Source: Nostoc sp. DedSLP01
GTDB taxonomy: Bacteria > Cyanobacteriota > Cyanobacteriia > Cyanobacteriales > Nostocaceae
Direction of reading: 5' to 3'
NCBI GenBank assembly: GCA_034530875.2
Contig: JAVRCJ020000034.1
Coordinates: 9,625 to 73,624, forward strand
DNA: 64,000 bases
Part shown: in pieces, positions 63,503-64,000 of the stretch
Layout of the letters: each line of letters starts with the position of its first letter
How positions within the stretch are numbered: position 1 is the first letter of the stretch
The notes under the pieces: model-generated
The model's input: the letters and a program-made list of their open reading frames with translations, nothing else
Told to the model about the DNA's origin: nothing
Database searches by the model: none
Position numbers and translations under genes: made by a program

Positions 63503-63949
63503 ATGATTCTCAACATGAGTGAACATAGTGTATGGCGGATTTTTTTGGCTCACAAAATCGCTCCTGCTTTCACTGCTAACTCCAAAGTTGTAGCGTGTTT
63601 TGTATTTGGGTCGGCAGCATTAGGTATTTCAGATCGATATTCTGACCTGGAATTAGCCTTTATCTAATTACAAGCCACAGCACAAAAGGTTGGTGTCAAA
63701 GGTTGGGAAATTGAGCCGTATGGGGAAGCAAAACAGGGATGGTTGGAGCAATTCTACCTATACGGCATGAAAGTCGAAGCAAATCATTGGGCGCGAGATA
63801 CAATGGACAACATCATTATGGATGTGATTGAGCGTTACGATGTGTCGCAAAACGGGCTTGTGTTTGAGAAGCAAGTCATAGCCTCTCATATTCAACGCGG
63901 GGTTATTTTTTACGGCGAGGATATTAGACCTCTTGCAAAAGTCACTTAG
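63503..63949 (+). pseudogene. Pol-beta-type nucleotidyltransferase pseudogene
   Basis: GGAGG RBS, ATG 63503, FVFGSAALGISDRYSDLE motif, in-frame TAA at 63665-63667, then the same frame continues into ORF 63743-63949. Confidence 0.7.
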
Positions 63950-64000
63950 GTAAATTCGGTTTGGGAGAGATGAAGCTCGTAATTGTAGAGAGCAGCAATC

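Overview
Chromosomal DNA from a filamentous, probably heterocyst-forming cyanobacterium (Nostocales-like), inferred from abundant HIP1 GCGATCGC octamers, 7-nt STRR tandem repeats, very small dispersed repeats and psb28. In order: (1) 1-11.6 kb, a ClC / cupin / GH15 / CDF / glucose dehydrogenase / VOC cluster with an RppAB-like two-component system, linked by three TTTCAT-N5-TTTCAY boxes; (2) a hybrid Ser/Thr-His kinase; (3) a minimal microviridin cluster with a multicore precursor; (4) gap1-pyk-tal; (5) an AT-rich FHA-wHTH / membrane Ser/Thr kinase / PstS-like module beside dprA, with a 37-37-37 repeat-spacer-repeat at its edge; (6) a 12-kb locus of sigma-like factor, DUF1822, CHAT-CHASE2 and DUF928 facing RTX, TPS-haemagglutinin and TPR-CHAT genes, my best candidate for an uncharacterised caspase-like proteolytic signalling system; (7) psb28, a PBP-A-like hydrolase and trmJ; (8) from about 48.8 kb, an accessory mosaic of MITEs, IS1/ISAs1/IS5 remnants, gene fragments, plasmid-like hypotheticals, a possible toxin-antitoxin pair and three LexA-box-like sites. 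I recognised no rRNA, tRNA, cas genes or multi-unit CRISPR array. All family assignments come from motif recognition by eye, without database searches.
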